From: Ruminococcaceae bacterium UBA1036
Lineage (GTDB): Bacteria > Bacillota > Clostridia > Oscillospirales > Acutalibacteraceae
Length of the DNA stretch: 64,000 nt
Direction: 5' to 3'
Assembly: GCA_002316805.1 (NCBI GenBank)
Contig: DCEF01000010.1
Coordinates: 137,687 to 201,686 of the forward strand
A model generated the notes under the pieces. That model was given only the letters and a program-made list of their open reading frames with translations. It had not been told where the DNA came from and ran no database searches. A program made the position numbers and the translations under genes. Shown here piece by piece: positions 58,425-64,000 of this stretch. Each line of letters begins with the position of its first letter. Positions within the stretch are counted from its first letter, which is position 1.

Positions 58425-59781
58425 TGCGTATGACCTCCTGAGCCGTGAAGCGCATATATTCGCCCTGCCAGTGCAGCGGAATCGTCTTTGTCTCACCGTG
58501 GCGGTTTTTGGCTACAATACATTCGCACTGGTTTTTATCACCGTTCTCGTCCGGCGTCTCAGAGTCCTGATAATAGTCGTCACGGTAAAGGAACAATACA
58601 ACATCGGCGTCCTGCTCAATAGAACCGGAATCTCTGAGATCTGAAAGCACAGGGCGGTGGTTGGTACGCTTTTCGCTGTCACGCGCAAGCTGCGAAAGTG
58701 TCAGCACCGGAACGTTCAGCTCTTTTGCCATAATTTTCAGGCTTCTTGTAATCTGTGAAATTTCTTGCACACGGTTATCTATGCGTGTTGATGAAGTCAT
58801 CAGCTGCAGGTAGTCAATCACCACAAGGTCAACATCTTTCATCCGCCTAAGCTTGGCCTTTATCTCCGGAACTGTAATCGTTGGGTTATCATCAAAATAG
58901 ATCTGGGCCTTGGAGAGAATATCACCCGCCTCTATAAGCCTTACCCACTCGTCTTCGTTCAGTTTCCCTGTGCGCAACTTAGTCCCTTCCACCATAGCTT
59001 CGGTTGACAGCAAGCGTGAAACGAGCTGTTCCTTGCTCATTTCAAGTGAAAAAAACGCCACACGCTTATCGGCTTTTATGGCGGCATAGCGTGCTATATT
59101 AAGCGCAAAACTTGTTTTGCCCATGCCCGGGCGGGCACCGAGGAGAATAAAGTCGGTCCTGTTAAGGCCGGTAATCGTATCATCAAGCTCTTTTATGCCT
59201 GTAGGCACGCCGCGGTACTTGTCCGCGTCAGGGGAATTCAGCTTGTCCAGCCTGTCAAACTCATCAAGGATTATCTCGTCTATTTTCTGCAGGCCCTGCA
59301 TATTTTTCCCGCGGCGTATGTCAAAAATGCGCTGCTCAGCCGAGTCAAGCAGAGTGGAAGCGTCCGCTTCGCCTGACGAAGCTTCTTCGATGATGTCCCG
59401 TGCAGTTGTTATCAACATGCGCACGTCATATTTGTCGCGCACAATCGCGGCGTAAGACTCTACATTAGAAATGGAAGGGACAAGTTGTGCAAGCTGCAGG
59501 AGATAAGTTTTGCCGTCAGCTTCGTGAAAATTTTCTGTTTTCTTCAGTGCTTCAAGGACGGTAACAAAATCAATCGGACGCCCGTCAGTAAACATCTGAA
59601 GCATTACAGCGTAAATCTGCCTGTTGCCTGTAAGATAAAAATAATCAGGGCGCGGCAGGATTTCCGCAACCCTGTCCAAACACGAAGAGTCAAGCAAGAT
59701 TGCTCCGAGAACCGATTGCTCTGCCTCTGGGCTAAACGGCAGGTTCATGCCGCCATATCCGGCTGTTACCGAATTATCCAT
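58417..59781 (-). CDS. dnaB: Replicative DNA helicase
   Basis: EAEQSVLG, ARPGMGKT, FSLEM, IDYLQL, LSQL.R, DLRDSGSIEQDAD, KNRHG. Confidence 0.97.
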   Translation of the reverse strand: MDNSVTAGYGGMNLPFSPEAEQSVLGAILLDSSCLDRVAEILPRPDYFYLTGNRQIYAVMLQMFTDGRPIDFVTVLEALKKTENFHEADGKTYLLQLAQLVPSISNVESYAAIVRDKYDVRMLITTARDIIEEASSGEADASTLLDSAEQRIFDIRRGKNMQGLQKIDEIILDEFDRLDKLNSPDADKYRGVPTGIKELDDTITGLNRTDFILLGARPGMGKTSFALNIARYAAIKADKRVAFFSLEMSKEQLVSRLLSTEAMVEGTKLRTGKLNEDEWVRLIEAGDILSKAQIYFDDNPTITVPEIKAKLRRMKDVDLVVIDYLQLMTSSTRIDNRVQEISQITRSLKIMAKELNVPVLTLSQLARDSEKRTNHRPVLSDLRDSGSIEQDADVVLFLYRDDYYQDSETPDENGDKNQCECIVAKNRHGETKTIPLHWQGEYMRFTAQEVIRSE

Positions 59782-59814
59782 GCTGCACGCCCCCCCGAAT
59801 TATAAAATCCCGTT

Positions 59815-60261
59815 TTAGCCTTCACTCACCGTTATATATATTTTAGCAGAAACACCGTTGTAAAGTTTCAGTTCACATTCATAAGTACCAAATGCTTTTA
59901 TTTCACTTTTAAGCATAATCTTACGCTTGTCGACATCAATATTAAAAGAGTGCTTTATCTCTTCGGATATTTCCTTAGAAGTAATAGAGCCGAACAGTTT
60001 GCCGCCCTGGCCGGACTTTGCAGTCAGCTTTAAAGTCTTGCCGTTAATGGACCCAGCGATCTTGCTGGCCTGAGCTTTTTCCTGCGCAATGTGGTATTTT
60101 TTAGATTCTTCAGCATTTCTCAGTTCATTCATTACCTGAGCGTCTGCCTCTTTTGCCAGCCCGCGCGGAAAGAGGAAATTTCTCGCGTATCCATCGCTCA
60201 CCTTAACAAGTTCGCCTTTTTTGCCGGTTCCGCGGACATCCGCAAGCAATACTACTTTCAT
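59815..60261 (-). CDS. rplI: 50S ribosomal protein L9
   Basis: MKVVLLADV...[16 protein letters not shown]. Confidence 0.97.
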   Translation of the reverse strand: MKVVLLADVRGTGKKGELVKVSDGYARNFLFPRGLAKEADAQVMNELRNAEESKKYHIAQEKAQASKIAGSINGKTLKLTAKSGQGGKLFGSITSKEISEEIKHSFNIDVDKRKIMLKSEIKAFGTYECELKLYNGVSAKIYITVSEG

Positions 60262-60284
60262 AACAAACCTCCATAATTCTTTTG

Positions 60285-62249
60285 TTACGGCCTCTTTTTG
60301 TTTGCTTTGGATTTTTCAATAACTGAAATCAATTTTTCTTTTGCCTGTTCTACCGTAACATTCTCAAGTTGTGCTCCTGCCATAGTGAGGTGGCCACCGC
60401 CGCCAAGTGACTCCATTACAAGCTGTACATTGACATCGCCGAGTGAACGGGCCGAGATGTTTATTACACCGCCGGCCGGGTAAATAACAAACGACGCCTC
60501 AACGCCTTTGATAGAAAGCAGTTCGTCGGCCGCCTGTGCTGCCGAAATGCGTATATCCGAAAACTCAGAATTCGCGGAAGCAATAGCAAAATTGCCGTAG
60601 ACCTTGGCATTGGAGACAATCCTGTATTTTGCTTTGTACGCATCAATAGAATCAGAAAACAGACGCTTTACCTTAACAGTATCGGCGTTCTTGCGGCGCA
60701 GGTAAGCTGCCGCCTCAAAAGTGCGAACGCCTGTTTTAAGCACAAAGTTTTTCGTGTCGAGCATAATGCCTGCCATCAGTGCTTCTGCCTCAGACTCTGT
60801 TAAAGTTGTGTCGCCAATATACTGCACAAGCTCCGTCACCATTTCGGATGTTGAGCTTGCAAACGGCTCGTGATAGAACACAAGCGCATTTTCGATGTGG
60901 CGCACCATCATGCGGTGATGGTCTATAACAATCACGCGGGTAACAGATTTCAGCAGTTCCGGGCTCTCGACAAAATCAGGGGAGTGTGTATCAAGGACTA
61001 CCAGAGTCGTTTTCGGCATAACCTTTGTGACGGCTTCCTGCGGTGATATGAATATCTTCTCCTCAGGATATTTTGCCTTAACCATGTTAATAAGCGAAGA
61101 CGCCAGTGTCTGTGATGAATCGTCCACTATATATGTCTGACGTTTTAGGCATTTTGATGCGACATTCCACATACCAACAGCAGAACCCATGCAGTCGAGG
61201 TCCGAAAACCGGTGGCCCATAATCAGCACATTGTCGCTTTCCTTGATATCATCGGAAATTGTAGCCGCAAATACACGCGTACGCACTTTATCGCGCCTCT
61301 CAACTCCCTTTGAAAGGCCGCCGAAGAATTCGTATGTATCATTTTTTTTCTTCACTGCTACCTGGTCGCCGCCGCGGCCAAGAGCCATATCAAGTGCAGT
61401 GCGCGCCCATCTCTCCGCCTCTTTCGGCGATTTAGCATCCAGGGAAACTCCAACGGAAATAGTCGCTGTGAGATGTTCCCCAGCATGGATAGCGCGGATT
61501 GAATCGAGTATTGGGAAACGGCGCTCCATCTCATTTTTTATATGGCGTTCGTCGGTCACAATAATAAAGCGGCCGCTGCTCATCTTTTTCAGGAACCCGC
61601 CCATGCTCTGTGCCCACTGTATAAGCGTCTCTTCCACTTCAGAAGCTATGCGCGTATCCTCACTGCTGCTGCTGCACCGTGCAAGCTCTTCGCGGTTGTC
61701 AAAATATGCAAGGGCGACAACAGGTCGCGTTTCCCTGTACTCTTTCTCAATATTTTTATAGTAGGTATTATCTGTGAAATACATAATGCAGCCCGAAGAG
61801 GTCTGAGTGCCATACACTGTAAAATGGCGCTTTCCAATCGTGATGTCAGTTCCTGATGCTTCAAGGATCTGCTCTACTGTTTTAGGATAGATAAATTTAC
61901 GGATACTGTCGCCGCGGCATTCGTGCTTTTCACAAACTGTGTTCCAAAATGCGTCGTTAACCCAGATTATGTCACCCGCTGCGCCAACGAGCACAAGGGG
62001 AATGGCAAATTTTTGCATACTGCCGTTTTGGCCGCCAGGCATTACCGTTTTTGCGCCTTTCACCGTATCAAGCACATGTGCGCGGAAATGCACCGTTGTT
62101 ACAAATACGAACACGGCAGACGCACCCGCTGCACACAACTCAATATAGCATACTGTGCTGTTCCAGAACCAGCTTACACATGCCATTGCCACCATAATTG
62201 CTGACAACACGAAGAACACGGGCGAAGCCACCCAGATCCTCTTTCTCAC
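60285..62249 (-). CDS. gdpP: Cyclic-di-AMP phosphodiesterase GdpP
   Basis: Two N-terminal TM helices, degenerate GGDEF (RGGDQ), GH..DLD, IDHHR, GGGH; upstream of rplI-dnaB. Confidence 0.92.
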   Translation of the reverse strand: MRKRIWVASPVFFVLSAIMVAMACVSWFWNSTVCYIELCAAGASAVFVFVTTVHFRAHVLDTVKGAKTVMPGGQNGSMQKFAIPLVLVGAAGDIIWVNDAFWNTVCEKHECRGDSIRKFIYPKTVEQILEASGTDITIGKRHFTVYGTQTSSGCIMYFTDNTYYKNIEKEYRETRPVVALAYFDNREELARCSSSSEDTRIASEVEETLIQWAQSMGGFLKKMSSGRFIIVTDERHIKNEMERRFPILDSIRAIHAGEHLTATISVGVSLDAKSPKEAERWARTALDMALGRGGDQVAVKKKNDTYEFFGGLSKGVERRDKVRTRVFAATISDDIKESDNVLIMGHRFSDLDCMGSAVGMWNVASKCLKRQTYIVDDSSQTLASSLINMVKAKYPEEKIFISPQEAVTKVMPKTTLVVLDTHSPDFVESPELLKSVTRVIVIDHHRMMVRHIENALVFYHEPFASSTSEMVTELVQYIGDTTLTESEAEALMAGIMLDTKNFVLKTGVRTFEAAAYLRRKNADTVKVKRLFSDSIDAYKAKYRIVSNAKVYGNFAIASANSEFSDIRISAAQAADELLSIKGVEASFVIYPAGGVINISARSLGDVNVQLVMESLGGGGHLTMAGAQLENVTVEQAKEKLISVIEKSKANKKRP

Positions 62250-62276
62250 TCCAAATACTCCCCTTATACGCCGACG

Positions 62277-64000
62277 CTAAATCTCCATGATAATCGGCAG
62301 AACCATGGGGCTGCGCCTGGTCTTTTCATACAGGAACCTGGAAAGTGCATCTTTAATTTTCGTTTTCAGGGTACCCCAGTCGTGAATTTTCTTTGCCGCA
62401 CATTCTTCAAGGATATTCGTAACAAGCTTTCTTGCATCATCCATCAGAGGCTCCGATTCGCGGACGTATACGAACCCGCGTGAAACTATATCCGGACCCG
62501 AAAGTATGTGGCCGTCGTCTGATGATATTGTGCAAACAGCTATAATAAGGCCATCCTCAGCAAGATGCTTGCGGTCACGAAGCACGATGCTGCCTACATC
62601 TCCGACTCCGAGGCCGTCAACAAGGACACGGCCGGCAGGCACCGGCGGAAGGCGTTTCATATAGTTTTCATGCAGTTCCACGCAGTCGCCGTTGTCGCCA
62701 ATAAAAACATCTTTCGGAGACTTGCCGAGCTCATAGGCAATTTTTGCATTCTTCTGCAAATGCTTCTGCTCACCGTGGACTGGTATGAAATATTTTGGTC
62801 TTACGAGAGCCTGCAAAAGCTTGATTTCTTCCCTGCATGCGTGGCCTGAAACATGTAGGTCGTACATCGACTCATAAATTACTTCACAGCCGCGTTTCAT
62901 CAGTTCATCAATAACGTTGCCTATCGTTTTTTCATTTCCAGGTATAGGCCTTGCCGAAATAATGATGAAATCGCCGGGGCCAACTTCCACTTTGCGGTGG
63001 TCGGCGAATGCCATGCGCGTCAAAGCGCTCATAGGTTCACCCTGGCTCCCAGTTGTGACAAGCACTATTTTATTCTTAGGATACTTGTTTATATCGTCAA
63101 TGTCAATCAGGACGCCTTTGGGAACATTCAGGTAGCCAAGCTCCACACTTATCGACATCACATTGACCATACTGCGACCCGAAAGCGCCACTTTGCGGCC
63201 ATATTTGACTGCACAGTTTATAATCTGCTGGACACGGCTTACATTCGAGGCAAAAGTCGCAATGATAATCCGGCTGTCCACAGCATGGCGAAAAAGCATG
63301 TCAAATGAATCATCGACTTTTGTCTCAGACTTTGTGTATCCCTCGCGCTCCGCATTTGTAGAATCGCAGAACATCGCGAGGACTCCCTCTTTGCCAAGTT
63401 CCGCAAAACGGCCAAGATCAATCATACCGCCGAGCGTAGGCGTACAGTCTATCTTAAAGTCACCGGTATGGACGATAGTGCCTGCAGGTGAATGTATCGC
63501 GAGTGCGACAGCATCAGGAACAGAATGGTTTACGTGGATAAATTCCACATCCATGCATCCGAGATGTATGTGGTCGCCCGGGCGCACCATCACCGCGCGC
63601 ACTTTTCCCGAAAGCCCGTGTTCTTTTAGCTTGCTGTCTACAAGCGCCAAAGTAAACTGTGTGCCATAAATCGGGAAGTTGAACTTCTTGAGCAGATAAG
63701 GCAGTGCACCAATATGGTCCTCATGGCCATGAGTAAGCACCACGCCGCGTATCTTACCTGCATTGCGTTCAACAAAAGTAAAATCAGGAATAACAAGGTC
63801 GACACCAAGCATATCGTCGTCAGGGAATGACATCCCGCAGTCTACGATTATCATGTCGTCCTGGCATTCGAACACCGTAAAGTTTTTGCCGATCTCATTA
63901 AGGCCGCCAAGAAAATACGCACGTATTGCCGGCTTTACAGCACCCTTTTTCTCACGGCTGAAACGGCTGCCCTGCCGTTTTGAAGCTGTCGGCCTCTGAA
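62277..64000 (-). CDS. rnj: Ribonuclease J (5' end outside the window)
   Basis: FLGGLNEIGKN upstream of the ORF-track start, THGHEDHIG, HSVPD, TGSQGEP, HVSGH, PVHGE; frame is open to the window edge. Confidence 0.95.
   Translation of the reverse strand, partial: QRPTASKRQGSRFSREKKGAVKPAIRAYFLGGLNEIGKNFTVFECQDDMIIVDCGMSFPDDDMLGVDLVIPDFTFVERNAGKIRGVVLTHGHEDHIGALPYLLKKFNFPIYGTQFTLALVDSKLKEHGLSGKVRAVMVRPGDHIHLGCMDVEFIHVNHSVPDAVALAIHSPAGTIVHTGDFKIDCTPTLGGMIDLGRFAELGKEGVLAMFCDSTNAEREGYTKSETKVDDSFDMLFRHAVDSRIIIATFASNVSRVQQIINCAVKYGRKVALSGRSMVNVMSISVELGYLNVPKGVLIDIDDINKYPKNKIVLVTTGSQGEPMSALTRMAFADHRKVEVGPGDFIIISARPIPGNEKTIGNVIDELMKRGCEVIYESMYDLHVSGHACREEIKLLQALVRPKYFIPVHGEQKHLQKNAKIAYELGKSPKDVFIGDNGDCVELHENYMKRLPPVPAGRVLVDGLGVGDVGSIVLRDRKHLAEDGLIIAVCTISSDDGHILSGPDIVSRGFVYVRESEPLMDDARKLVTNILEECAAKKIHDWGTLKTKIKDALSRFLYEKTRRSPMVLPIIMEI

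Noticed and set aside
1-64000. CRISPR arrays, IS elements/integrases, prophage, rRNA/tRNA, defence systems
   Set aside because: No spaced repeats, transposase, integrase or phage ORFs seen; nearly all sequence is accounted for by housekeeping CDSs

Overview
Core-chromosome window of a spore-forming clostridial Firmicute; the gene content and order suggest an Oscillospiraceae/Ruminococcaceae-like organism (inference). About 55 CDSs, mostly on the minus strand. Translation and RNA: rnc, trmFO, infC-rpmI-rplT with an L20 leader, rpmB, rpmF, der, tilS, rnr, rnj. DNA: topA, dprA, recN, dnaB and a divergent type IIA topoisomerase pair. Envelope: plsX, plsY, lgt, murC, dacF. Metabolism: pgi, split transketolase, dxs, folD, metY. 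Sporulation: dpaAB, bofA, yaaL and a LysM-GH18 hydrolase. Plus-strand inserts are a BceRS-BceAB module, a two-gene 2-hydroxyacyl-CoA-dehydratase-family Fe-S/ATPase locus, mntP, a metallophosphoesterase and a CIRCE-preceded tandem hsp20 pair. No mobile elements, CRISPR arrays, rRNA or tRNA were seen. The best novelty candidate is the orphan operon at 12972-15962: its second gene fuses a compact six-cysteine (double-cubane-like) Fe-S domain to its own ATP-dependent activator. Also notable is that dpaA appears to start at ACG. All calls come from motif recognition by eye; no searches were run.
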